A DNA stretch of 52,850 nt from Dehalococcoidia bacterium (lineage in GTDB: Bacteria; Chloroflexota; Dehalococcoidia; Lucifugimonadales; Lucifugimonadaceae). Position 1 is the first letter of the stretch. The number at the start of each line of letters is the position of its first letter. The notes beneath the pieces were generated by a model that was not told the origin of the DNA, ran no database searches, and worked only from the letters and a program-made list of their open reading frames with translations. Positions 17,695 through 26,788 of this stretch are shown here, one piece after another. The position numbers and the translations under genes are program-made. The DNA lies in contig JANQIZ010000040.1 in NCBI GenBank assembly GCA_028281895.1, forward strand, positions 1 through 52,850, written 5' to 3'.

Positions 17695-18438
17695 ATGCCT
17701 GATAACGCTTTCGAAAACCCGCGTTTGGCCGCGCTCTATGACTTCCTATCGCCTTCAGCTGGCCGGGGCGACTTCTCCATGTACCTCCCGATGGCGATGG
17801 AGGCGGAGTCGGTGCTGGATGTGGGCTGCGGAACTGGTGCTCTGCTGCGGCTGGCTCGAGACTCCGGTCACAGAGGCCGGCTCTGCGGAGTTGACCCGGC
17901 GTTCGGGATGATCGAGCAGGCTCGGAAGCGAACGGACATCGAGTGGATTCACGGCGATCTGTCGTCCGTGTCGTTTGAGCGAGAGTTCGATCTTGTCGTG
18001 ATGAGCGGGCACGCTTTCCAGGTGTTTCTGACTGACGACGCGATCCGCTCGTTCCTGAATGCTGCCCGGCAAGCCCTGACAGACAGCGGCAAACTGGCGT
18101 TCGAGACTCGCAACCCCAGCGCAACGGAGTGGGTCCACTGGCCGGACACGTACTCAGGCACTGTTACCGACGAATCGGGCGCTGAGGTGCGGCACGTCTC
18201 CGAGGTGCATGGAACCCTTGCGAATGAGCTGATCAGCTTCAGCCATACCTACACCAGTCCGAACTGGGACCAGCCAGAGACAAGCGATAGCACTCTTCGC
18301 TTTCTGCCTGAGGAGAAGCTCGACGGGATGCTGGCTGATGCGGGCCTCAAGATTCTCGAACGCTATGGTGACTGGGATCGCAGTGTGGTGAGCGAGACAT
18401 CTCCGGAAATCATCACGATCGCATGCCGGGCTCAGTGA
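17695..18438 (+). CDS. class I SAM-dependent methyltransferase
   Basis: Motif I VLDVGCGTGALL, post-I acidic residue, and FDLVVMSGHAF. Confidence 0.85.
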   Translation: MPDNAFENPRLAALYDFLSPSAGRGDFSMYLPMAMEAESVLDVGCGTGALLRLARDSGHRGRLCGVDPAFGMIEQARKRTDIEWIHGDLSSVSFEREFDLVVMSGHAFQVFLTDDAIRSFLNAARQALTDSGKLAFETRNPSATEWVHWPDTYSGTVTDESGAEVRHVSEVHGTLANELISFSHTYTSPNWDQPETSDSTLRFLPEEKLDGMLADAGLKILERYGDWDRSVVSETSPEIITIACRAQ

Positions 18439-18484
18439 CGAGCATCGATCTCAACCCAGGCGAAATCCAGGAGCGCCGAGCTAC

Positions 18485-19450
18485 GTGAAGTTCGATCCGA
18501 TTGACCGCGATCTCGCTGAATCGGCAGTCCAGCTGTTCGAGCGCAGGTACGAGCAGATCCGCTCCGTCTCTCCGGTATTCGAGCTCAACCTATTCGAAGA
18601 ACCTTCGCACGCCGAAACGCTGCTGGACTGGGCGAGCAACGGCGCTTCTGTCGTCGCCCACGAAGACGGTGTCGTGCATGGATACATCGCAGGTCGCTTC
18701 ATCAAGTTTTATGGAGCAACCAAAGCCTTATATGCACCTGAATGGGCGCACTGCGTCTCTGATGAAGACGACAAGCTCCTTACGAAGATGTACACGTGGC
18801 TTGGCCGGGAAGGCCATCTCTCTGGCACCACAGTGCAGATCATCAGCATGTTCGTCGATGATGCAAGATCTCGTGATGCCATGGCCAATCTCGAGTTTGG
18901 GGTTCACCAGATCGAAGGAGTATTCGGGTCACGTGCTGCGATGAATGGTCCCGCGATGCCGGCCGATGTTGTCGTGAGAGCTGCGACACCGGACGACCTT
19001 CCGGCCATCGTCGATTTGGACCGGAAGCTCTGGGAGCACCTGAACCGGCCGCCGGTTTCGCTTGGGCTCGATCTCACCGCTTATCCACATGCAGATCTTG
19101 ATGCCGAGAACGCCAAGTACAAAGTTCCTCGCCAGGGCGCATACATATCGGTCGCCGAGCGCGGTGGCGAGCTGGTCGGTTTCATGAGCTGTCGAAACGG
19201 CGCTCAGGAATCACGAGCGTTGCGCAACATGTCGGTTCCGCACGTCAATGGAGCGTTCATTCGAGAGGACATGAGAGGCGCCGGCATCGCCCAGGCTTTG
19301 CTCTCCGATGTTCTGCGCTGGGCGAAGGGTGAATCAGCGCCTAACGTCACGGTGGATTTCGAATCGACGAACCCGGAGGCAGCGGGATTCTGGTTGAGCC
19401 AGGATCTGCGGCCTCTTGTGTCTGCCTTCACCAGGCGCATTAGCCTCTAG
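18485..19450 (+). CDS. GNAT-family N-acetyltransferase (two-lobed)
   Basis: The C-terminal lobe has acetyl-CoA motif A (MRGAGIAQALLSDVLRWAK). GTG start. Confidence 0.65.
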   Translation: MKFDPIDRDLAESAVQLFERRYEQIRSVSPVFELNLFEEPSHAETLLDWASNGASVVAHEDGVVHGYIAGRFIKFYGATKALYAPEWAHCVSDEDDKLLTKMYTWLGREGHLSGTTVQIISMFVDDARSRDAMANLEFGVHQIEGVFGSRAAMNGPAMPADVVVRAATPDDLPAIVDLDRKLWEHLNRPPVSLGLDLTAYPHADLDAENAKYKVPRQGAYISVAERGGELVGFMSCRNGAQESRALRNMSVPHVNGAFIREDMRGAGIAQALLSDVLRWAKGESAPNVTVDFESTNPEAAGFWLSQDLRPLVSAFTRRISL

Positions 19451-19878
19451 CTCGTTCCCTGCGTGACGCGCTCCTTCAGCGCCTGCATGAACTCCTCGAA
19501 GATCGGGTTCAGGTCAGGGATCTGGCGGCCAAAGAGCGGCACCATCAGTCCAGTGAAGTCTTCCTTGAGCGACATCCGGGTGCCCCCATCGACGCTCGCC
19601 AGATCGTAAACGCGCTCAGACTTGAACAGTCCGGGGATGGGCATGCCGCCTGTGAGGACCAGTCGCCGGTTCTCGTCCAGCTCTGTGACCTTTACCGGAA
19701 ACGCCCGGTTAGGCATCAGCTTAGTGAAGAACTTGACCTTGTTGCCGGGAGCGATCGTGCCTTCGGTTCTGACCATGTTCGGGTCCCAGTCCGGGTACGC
19801 GGAAATGTCCGTCAGCACCGGCCATACCTGTTCCGCTGGGGCGTCGATAACTACGCTTGCTGAAAATCTCTTTGCCAT
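19447..19878 (-). CDS. SRPBCC-family (polyketide cyclase/dehydrase-like) protein
   Basis: From the internal ATG the product reads MAKRFSASVVIDAPAEQVWPVLTDISAYPDWDP, the typical SRPBCC N-terminus at about 143 aa. Confidence 0.75.
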   Translation of the reverse strand: MAKRFSASVVIDAPAEQVWPVLTDISAYPDWDPNMVRTEGTIAPGNKVKFFTKLMPNRAFPVKVTELDENRRLVLTGGMPIPGLFKSERVYDLASVDGGTRMSLKEDFTGLMVPLFGRQIPDLNPIFEEFMQALKERVTQGTS

Positions 19879-20108
19879 CCGAGTACTCCTCCGGGCCGCG
19901 CACAGTCTCGGAACCGGCCCTGATAGTTCGACGACCACAGCTCACTGAAATCGACACAGGCGCTGTGACGTGATGCGCAACTGTATTTCAAAGCCGGGAA
20001 TTGCGCTCGTTCGCATGGTCATCAGGGCCGAGGGCTGAAGTACGATTCGTAGCAGATAGTGCGAGTTCGCCATTCACCTAATGTTGAGACCCGGCCGACT
20101 GGAGCCAG

Positions 20109-22418
20109 ATGCTCAAGGTTCGACAAGATCGCAAGACGCTCCTGTGGGGTGCAATCGCCCTGTCGCTCGTTCTCATGGCACTGGTCTTGCCGTCTTTTGG
20201 CGATGCCCGGACCGCCAGCGCGCATGCCAACCAGATTCGAACCTCACCGCCACCTGACAGCGAACTGGAGACCGCACCGGAGAGGGTGATCGTCTGGTTT
20301 AGCGAGCCTATTGAGCCTCGCTTGAGCAGAATCCGTGTGCTGGATCAGGAAGGCCGGCAAGTAGATAACGAGGACAGCCAGCTCTCGCCAACCGAGTCGA
20401 CGGCGATGGTGGTGACTCTTCCGGCTCTGGAGAACGGAACCTATACGGCGGTGTGGGGCAACACCTCCACAGTGGACGGGCACTCTGTGGTCGGATCGTT
20501 CAGATTCGCAGTTGGCGAGCCGCTTTCCGAAGCTGTCCAGATCGTCGAGCAGCCGCTGCTTCAGGCTCAATCCGATCCATGGCTGAGATGGCTGTTCTTC
20601 GTTGGCGCGCTCGCCTTTGCAGGCAGCCTGATCTTCGAGTTTCTGGTAGTTGCGCCCGTGCTTGGTACAGCAGAGGCAGGAACCCCAGGCAACCGGCTGT
20701 TCATACAGATGACGCGGCTGGTGCCGCGGCTTGCCTGGCCGGCTGCCGGGCTGATGGTTGCTGGCTTGCTGGGACTGCTGGTCCAGCAGGCGGCCGTTTC
20801 GTTCGATGTTCCGCTGGTCGATGCCTTTGGCGAACCGCTCAGAACGGTTCTGTTCGATACCGACTGGGGCAGGCAGTGGACCTGGCGAATGCTGGCGGTT
20901 GTGCTGGCCGCTGTGTTCGTAATCCTCGCTACTCGGATCGGCGGCGCTGCTTCTCGATCCGATGAGGATGCGCCTGTTGCTGTTACCGAGACGGTCTACG
21001 GCCAACTGGCGCTGGCAGCCAGTCTGGCATTCATCTTCCTGACGTCGCTCACCAGTCACAATGCCGCCTCGGCTCCCGAAGTTCGACTACCGGCGATCCT
21101 GTCGGACTTCATCCACTTCCTTGCTGCGGCCGCGTGGATAGGCGGACTGTTCTTCCTGACGGTCTGGCTCAGATGGTCGACACGTTCTAGTGACAACCTG
21201 CCGGTTTCTGCGCTGAGTGATGCGCTGCCGCGGTTTTCGCGAATAGCGATAGTCAGCGCCGGCACGCTGGTCGTCACCGGAATCTTCTCGGGGTGGATGC
21301 AGGTCACCGTTCCCGAAGCTACCGCAACTCCGCACGGCTGGGCGCTTGTCGCAAAGATCGTGCTTATGGTGCCGCTGTTCGCATTCGCCGCGCTGAACTC
21401 CTACCGGATAACGCGCAGGTTGATGGCTGATCCCGCTGCGCTTCGCATCTTCAGAAAGCTGGTGTCTGCTGAGGCCTTGCTCGGGTTGCTGATACTCCTG
21501 GCAGTGGGATGGCTGGCAGGACTTGAGCCTGCCCGCCAGTACGCATCGCGAAATGGCATCGGGGTTGATGAGTCGCGTTCGTTCAGTGATACCGCTGAGG
21601 GCGTGCGAATCGACCTTGAAGTGGCTCCTGGCAATGTTGGACAGAACAGCGTCACCGTGAAGCTCGAAGACCTGAGAGGACGGACGATAGACAACGCCAG
21701 TGAGGTCAGGGTGCTCCTGCGATTCCTGGAGGATGACCTTGCTGAGCCGACGCAATCGCTGGTCGACCAGGGTGGTGGAGTCTGGTCCGGCGACGACTTC
21801 CGGCTGGCGATTGGCGGCATATACCAGGCCGAGGTGGTTGTGCGGCGTCCCGACGGCTTCGATGCCAGGACAGCGTTCAGGTTCGAGGCGTTGTCGGCAG
21901 GCAGCATCGCCGATGCGCTGAGGCCGACCGAGACACCAACATGGGTTCTGTTCGGGATCGAACTCCTGATCATAGGCGCACTGCTGGCGTTTGCAGGTGC
22001 GCCGGGAGTGCGGCTGATGGTTCAGCCTTCTGCATCGGGGGCATTCTCAGGCGCGGTTGTGGCCGGCGCCGGCGCGCTGATACTCCTGAACGCAACCGTC
22101 ATGCGGATCGGGTTCGAAGAAGAGCGGTTCAACCCGTTCCCGCCAACACCTGCCTCACTTGCAAGTGGCTCTGCGTCCTATGCGACCACATGCTCTGCCT
22201 GCCACGGTGATTCCGGACTGGGCGATGGACCGCAAGGAGTCTTGCTGGATACTCCACCCGCCGATCTATCGATCCACGTGCCGCTGCACACGGACGGCGA
22301 GCTGTTCGGGTTTATCCGTGATGGAATCCCTGGCACGGCGATGGTCGGCAACGGCGATGTGTTGAGCGACGAGGAGATGTGGAACCTCGTCAACTTCATT
22401 CGCACGTTCGAAGGATGA
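20109..22418 (+). CDS. CopC-CopD fusion protein with Ig-like periplasmic domain and C-terminal c-type cytochrome
   Basis: Signal peptide ending ASA, then a His (HANQIRTSPP...) that would be the N-terminal His of mature CopC. About eight to ten TM helices (CopD-like). A soluble beta-rich segment (VRIDLEVAPGNVGQNSVTVKLED...). Two more TM helices. Finally CSACH (nt 22191-22205) with a downstream GTAM. Confidence 0.8.
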   Translation: MLKVRQDRKTLLWGAIALSLVLMALVLPSFGDARTASAHANQIRTSPPPDSELETAPERVIVWFSEPIEPRLSRIRVLDQEGRQVDNEDSQLSPTESTAMVVTLPALENGTYTAVWGNTSTVDGHSVVGSFRFAVGEPLSEAVQIVEQPLLQAQSDPWLRWLFFVGALAFAGSLIFEFLVVAPVLGTAEAGTPGNRLFIQMTRLVPRLAWPAAGLMVAGLLGLLVQQAAVSFDVPLVDAFGEPLRTVLFDTDWGRQWTWRMLAVVLAAVFVILATRIGGAASRSDEDAPVAVTETVYGQLALAASLAFIFLTSLTSHNAASAPEVRLPAILSDFIHFLAAAAWIGGLFFLTVWLRWSTRSSDNLPVSALSDALPRFSRIAIVSAGTLVVTGIFSGWMQVTVPEATATPHGWALVAKIVLMVPLFAFAALNSYRITRRLMADPAALRIFRKLVSAEALLGLLILLAVGWLAGLEPARQYASRNGIGVDESRSFSDTAEGVRIDLEVAPGNVGQNSVTVKLEDLRGRTIDNASEVRVLLRFLEDDLAEPTQSLVDQGGGVWSGDDFRLAIGGIYQAEVVVRRPDGFDARTAFRFEALSAGSIADALRPTETPTWVLFGIELLIIGALLAFAGAPGVRLMVQPSASGAFSGAVVAGAGALILLNATVMRIGFEEERFNPFPPTPASLASGSASYATTCSACHGDSGLGDGPQGVLLDTPPADLSIHVPLHTDGELFGFIRDGIPGTAMVGNGDVLSDEEMWNLVNFIRTFEG

Positions 22419-22421
22419 GCC

Positions 22422-22754
22422 TTAGCCGTCCTCGATGTGCGTCACCCGCAGTACGCCACCCTCTTCGACGTACCAGATCTTGACCGGATCTCCGAGCGCC
22501 TGGTGCTCAAGCAGGTGCGATGGCGTGAAGCCGCTGAACGCGCCTCCCGCGAAAGTCCAACTCTTGCCTTCGGCATCTGTGATGGTGAGCGACTCGAACT
22601 CGGTGATAGAGCGGGGCCGGACATCTGTCACCTCGCCAGTCACAGCAGTGCCTTCGGGATCACTCTCACATACGGCGAATACCGCGAGTATCACCAGTGC
22701 AATCAGCGCAACCAGTGCGAGGGTGAAGAGACTGCGGGATTGTGGAATTGCCAT
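22422..22754 (-). CDS. small membrane-anchored hypothetical protein
   Basis: ATG start, a single N-terminal TM helix (LFTLALVALIALVILAVFAV) and a beta-rich ectodomain. No family recognised. Confidence 0.5.
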   Translation of the reverse strand: MAIPQSRSLFTLALVALIALVILAVFAVCESDPEGTAVTGEVTDVRPRSITEFESLTITDAEGKSWTFAGGAFSGFTPSHLLEHQALGDPVKIWYVEEGGVLRVTHIEDG

Positions 22755-22804
22755 CGGCTGTTGAAGACGGGTGAAGGGCAGCCGATGAATTCTACGCCGG
22801 TGCG

Positions 22805-23725
22805 CTAGGACAGGAAGTCTGGAATCGGCGAGCCAAGCGCATCGGCTAGCTTCTTGACCGCTCCGAGCGTCAGGTTCTGCTTTCCGTTCTCAACACCGCT
22901 CAGGTAGGTGCGGTCGAGGCTGGCCAGTTGTGCCAGATGCTGCTGACTCCACCCCTTCGCCAGTCTCCTGGACTTCACCTGCTCACCAACTCTTTGGAGC
23001 AGGTGTTCGAGTGATATCGAGGTTCCTGCCACCTCGAATCGAGTTCTGATCTCTTCGATGGCTTCCATCGGATCTGTCGCAACGAGGTCTGCCCCAAGCT
23101 GCCCCGTAGCAGAGTCTTTCTGAGATGTGACAGGCCCGCCCACGATGACGAACGCATCTTTGTGAGCCTTGCGCACCGCCTGGATGCAGTCACGGAGTAG
23201 TTCGATGCCGCCTGGCTGCGTGGCCGATAGCGCCACAAGGTCAGGCTTTCTTTCGGCAACCATCTGGCCAAGGGCATCGGGTGGTGTTCCTGATCCCAGG
23301 AAATCGGTGTCCCATCCCTCGAAGTAGATCAGGTCAGAGAAGATCATCGCGCCCAGCGTGTGGCCGTTGCGCTCTACCGCCGAAACGATGGCGTGCAGAC
23401 CGGTCTTGCGCTCCGGTGGGAAGAACTGACGCAGCAAGGCCGCCTGTCGCAGCGTTACCTGCGTGGCCTGGTGCTCATGGGCGATCGATATTTCGCCTGC
23501 GTGCCACATATCGCCAATCTTCGTCATGGCGCTCGCCAGTACGTCGATGTAGAGCGTCGCAGGGGGCCAGTGGAAAGACACGGCCTCCTGGATAGCGTCA
23601 GTGGCCTCTGTTTCGTCGCCTCTCGTCAGCGCGCGCAGATACCTGTCGCGCACACGTTTTACCTCGCGTGCGGTAGGAGCCGTGCGTTGGACGGGGCCGG
23701 CTGAGCCTCCGTTCTGGATAACCAT
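22805..23725 (-). CDS. cobalamin (B12)-binding domain protein with C-terminal XRE-type HTH; putative B12- or light-responsive regulator
   Basis: Helical B12-binding_2 signature IGDMWHAGEISIAHEHQAT. Rossmann B12-binding module with GHTLG (His-x-x-Gly lower-ligand loop) and KPDLVALSAT. C-terminal HTH RRLAKGWSQQHLAQLASLDRTYLSGVENGKQNLTLGAVKKLADALG. Confidence 0.75.
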   Translation of the reverse strand: MVIQNGGSAGPVQRTAPTAREVKRVRDRYLRALTRGDETEATDAIQEAVSFHWPPATLYIDVLASAMTKIGDMWHAGEISIAHEHQATQVTLRQAALLRQFFPPERKTGLHAIVSAVERNGHTLGAMIFSDLIYFEGWDTDFLGSGTPPDALGQMVAERKPDLVALSATQPGGIELLRDCIQAVRKAHKDAFVIVGGPVTSQKDSATGQLGADLVATDPMEAIEEIRTRFEVAGTSISLEHLLQRVGEQVKSRRLAKGWSQQHLAQLASLDRTYLSGVENGKQNLTLGAVKKLADALGSPIPDFLS

Positions 23726-23997
23726 GTGTGATTTATACCACGCTTCCCTTGAAAGTTGTTGAGTAATTGCACCGCATTGTGGACATGTCGATCAGTGAGC
23801 CAGACGACAGCAATGACCTGAGTGCTCTTTCGCCAGTGGCGCTCAGTCTCCACCCGAATGGCGGTGCAACAAATATCCAGAGAATGTGGATCATATACAA
23901 CACCAAGCCCTTGAATTAGTTTATAGTCTACATCACTTGCACGGTTGCAGTGAATGCACGACATGCCGGGCCTGTGCGGCCTGGATGGAGAATAGTG

Positions 23998-25839
23998 ATG
24001 AGAAAGAGACTGGTTTTAGTAGTGATGGCCGCTATGGCGATAGTGGCCGCAGCGTGTTCGTCTTCGGACGATCCGACCCCGATTCCGACGCAGATGCCTG
24101 ATGCGACTCCGACTCCAGCACCCACTGCGGCTGCTGAGGAGCCAGGCACGATTGTTGATATTGCAGTAGAGGACGGCCGCTTCGAAACTTTGGTCGCCGC
24201 GGTAACGGTAGCGGATCTCGCCGGAACTCTCTCTGGAGAAGGCCCGTTCACGGTCTTCGCACCAACAGATGACGCCTTTGCCGCATTGCCTGAAGGCACG
24301 GTTGAGGGCCTGCTTGCCGACATTCCGGCACTTACTGAGGTTCTCACCTACCACGTGGTGAGCGGAGCAGTGCTGGCCGAGGACGTAGTGACGCTGAGCA
24401 GCGCCTCGACGCTGCAGGGGTCGGATGTCTCTGTTCGTGTGGAGGATGGCAACGTCTTCATCAACGAGTCACAGGTGGTGATCACCGACATCATGGCCTC
24501 GAACGGCGTTATCCACGTCATCGACGCTGTGCTTCTTCCACCGACGGAGTCTCAGCCAGAGCCTACACCTACTCCTGCGCCGGTAGAGATGCCATCGATC
24601 GTGGAGATCGCCGTTGAGAACGGCAGGTTCACGACACTTGTCGCAGCTCTCCAGGCCGCTGACCTCGCGGACACTCTCTCCGGTGACGGACCGTTCACGG
24701 TGTTCGCACCGACAGATGACGCGTTCGCTGCTCTGCCTGAAGGCACGGTTGAAGGCCTGCTTGCCGACATCCCAGCTCTGACCGACGTGCTCACCTACCA
24801 CGTGGTGAGCGGGAAGGTGATGGCTGCTGACGTGGTTGAGCTGGACTCTGCGCCAACACTGCAAGGTGACGACGTTGCGATCAGCGTTGATGGCGGCAAC
24901 GTCTTCATCAACGAGTCGCAGGTCGTGATCCCAGACATCGTTGGCTTAAACGGCGTTATCCACGTGATAGATGCTGTGCTTCTACCGCCTTCAGATGAGC
25001 AGGTAGAGATGCCCTCGATCGTGGAGATCGCTGTTGAGGACGGCCGGTTCACGACACTTGTAGCCGCTCTTCAGGCCGCCGACCTCGTGGGCACTCTGTC
25101 CGGAGACGGGCCTTTCACGGTGTTCGCACCGACAGACGATGCGTTCGCTGCTTTGCCTGAAGGCACAGTTGAAGGTCTGCTTGCCGACATTCCGGCGCTG
25201 ACGGATGTGCTCACCTATCACGTGGTGAGTGGCAAGGTGATGGCTGCCGACGTGGTTCAACTCGACTCTGCAGCAACACTGCAGGGTAGCGACGTTGCGA
25301 TCAGCGTTGATGGCGGCAACGTCTTCATCAACGAGTCGCAGGTTGTGATTCCAGACATCGTTGGTTCGAACGGTGTTATCCACGTGATCGATGCGGTCCT
25401 GCTGCCGCCTGCTGAAGAGCCTGCGGCCCTCGATCCCAATTCGATCACCGGAATCGCTGCGTCAGACCACAGGTTCACGACTCTTGTCGCGGCGCTCCAG
25501 GCTACAGGGCTCGACACTGCGCTGGCTTCTGGCGGCCCATTCACCGTCTTTGCTCCCACAGATGCGGCATTTGCCGCTCTGCCGGAAGGAACGGTGGAAG
25601 CTCTGCTCAACGACATTCCTGCGCTGACGGACATCCTGCTCTATCACGTGCTTGACGGAGCGATTGATGCCGAGACGGCCTTGACGCTGGACCTTGCGCC
25701 AACTCTGCAGGGATCAAAGATTGTCGTCGACAACCAGCTCGGAAATGTCGTCCTGGATCGTAATGCTCTGGTCCTGGACCCGGACATCTTCGCATCCAAC
25801 GGTGTGATTCACGTGATCAATCGCGTGCTCATTCCATAG
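23998..25839 (+). CDS. lipoprotein with four tandem fasciclin (FAS1) domains
   Basis: [20 protein letters not shown] lipobox. Four copies of ...FTTLVAA...[21 protein letters not shown]...LTYHVV...[13 protein letters not shown]. Confidence 0.9.
   Translation: MRKRLVLVVMAAMAIVAAACSSSDDPTPIPTQMPDATPTPAPTAAAEEPGTIVDIAVEDGRFETLVAAVTVADLAGTLSGEGPFTVFAPTDDAFAALPEGTVEGLLADIPALTEVLTYHVVSGAVLAEDVVTLSSASTLQGSDVSVRVEDGNVFINESQVVITDIMASNGVIHVIDAVLLPPTESQPEPTPTPAPVEMPSIVEIAVENGRFTTLVAALQAADLADTLSGDGPFTVFAPTDDAFAALPEGTVEGLLADIPALTDVLTYHVVSGKVMAADVVELDSAPTLQGDDVAISVDGGNVFINESQVVIPDIVGLNGVIHVIDAVLLPPSDEQVEMPSIVEIAVEDGRFTTLVAALQAADLVGTLSGDGPFTVFAPTDDAFAALPEGTVEGLLADIPALTDVLTYHVVSGKVMAADVVQLDSAATLQGSDVAISVDGGNVFINESQVVIPDIVGSNGVIHVIDAVLLPPAEEPAALDPNSITGIAASDHRFTTLVAALQATGLDTALASGGPFTVFAPTDAAFAALPEGTVEALLNDIPALTDILLYHVLDGAIDAETALTLDLAPTLQGSKIVVDNQLGNVVLDRNALVLDPDIFASNGVIHVINRVLIP
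24583..25422 (+). repeat. tandem 420-bp duplication inside the fasciclin gene (FAS1 domains 2 and 3)
   Basis: Both units start GTAGAGATGCC(A/C)TCGATCGTGGAGATCGC, at 24583 and 25003. By eye the encoded 140-aa units differ at about 10 positions, with many additional synonymous differences. Confidence 0.9.
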
Positions 25840-26014
25840 CACGGTGGATGCGTCTGGGACCTGGCCAGTTCCAGTATCAGGGGAGGTCGGTACAGCTTTC
25901 GCTGGCCGGCCTCCCTGCGCGTTGGCAGCGGTCTTCGCATGTCCGAGGATTCGAGTAGGATTCGTGTACGCGCAGCGTTTCGATAACCAGCAGTCTGAAT
26001 TCCGGAAAGTGCCA

Positions 26015-26782
26015 ATGCCAGACAGGAACCACATCTCACTCAAGGGCAAGACCGCGTTCATCAGCGGAGCGTCAAAGGGGATGGGCGTAGAGATCGCGCG
26101 CAACTTCGCAGAAGCCGGCGCCGATCTTGCTCTTACTGCAAGAGACGAGGCCGGACTTGCGCAGACCGCTGAGATGGCAGGCGAGTTTGGTGTCGAAGTC
26201 TGGACCGGGACGGCTGAGCTCAATGACGCACAGCAGGTGCGGCAACTGGGCAGCAACGTTCTGGCAGCGGTCGATAAAGTCGACATACTCGTGAACAACG
26301 CTGGAGTCGTCTTCCCATCGCCAATCGTCGATATCGACGAAGAGAACTGGCGGACGATGTACGACGTCGATGTGCTGGCTCCGCTGTTGCTGACGCAGGC
26401 GTTTGTGCCGGGGATGATCGAGCGCGGCCACGGCAAGGTGATACATGTCACGTCACGTGCCGCTCTGATTGGACAGACCGGCCTTGGCGCATACAGCTCT
26501 GCCAAGGCGGCGCTGCATCAGCTCGCTCAGACGATGGCTGTGGAGTTCGGTCCGCACAACATCCAGGTGAACTGCATCGCGCCGACGGTGACGATGACGG
26601 AGATGGCGAAGCAGGTGTGGCAGCCGGGCCCGCGGACAGATGCGAAGCTTGCACGGATTCCTATGGGCAGGTTTGCCGAGCCGCACGAGATTGCGGATAT
26701 AGCGCTCTTCCTCGCTTCCGATCTGTCAGGGTTCGTGAGCGGGACGATCATCCCTGCAGACGGCGGTGAGGGCGCAGGCTAG
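26015..26782 (+). CDS. SDR-family short-chain dehydrogenase/reductase
   Basis: From the internal ATG the product reads MPDRNHISLKGKTAFISGASKGMG (TGxxxGxG-type motif). NNAG and the catalytic YSSAK are present. Confidence 0.9.
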   Translation: MPDRNHISLKGKTAFISGASKGMGVEIARNFAEAGADLALTARDEAGLAQTAEMAGEFGVEVWTGTAELNDAQQVRQLGSNVLAAVDKVDILVNNAGVVFPSPIVDIDEENWRTMYDVDVLAPLLLTQAFVPGMIERGHGKVIHVTSRAALIGQTGLGAYSSAKAALHQLAQTMAVEFGPHNIQVNCIAPTVTMTEMAKQVWQPGPRTDAKLARIPMGRFAEPHEIADIALFLASDLSGFVSGTIIPADGGEGAG

Positions 26783-26788
26783 CGCTCG

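Noticed and set aside
19447-19450. Convergent genes whose stop codons overlap on opposite strands: CTAG at 19447-19450 (GNAT/SRPBCC) and CTAA at 41310-41313 (PRTase/tilS).
   Set aside because: This is real in the sequence, but it is a common consequence of compact genomes and there is no evidence of regulatory meaning.
20244-21059. Long antisense or overlapping ORFs in the track. Examples: 20244-21059 (-), 39467-40303 (-), 43439-44296 (+), 29165-30049 (+), 25714-26505 (-), 8378-9091 (+), 4198-4893 (+), 31129-32070 (+).
   Set aside because: Each lies opposite a gene with strong family signatures. Their products are Arg/Pro/Ser/Ala-rich and low-complexity, as expected for spurious frames in GC-rich DNA, and no motifs were recognised.
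23831-23840. A B12-box-like heptamer (GCCACTG on the minus strand) in the leader of the B12-binding regulator gene, suggesting a cobalamin riboswitch.
   Set aside because: A 7-mer is expected several times by chance in 2 x 52.8 kb. I could not align the surrounding sequence to the rest of the cobalamin riboswitch core (GGGAA...GGUG.AA.UCC...CCCGC.ACUG order and pairing). An Rfam RF00174 covariance scan would settle it.
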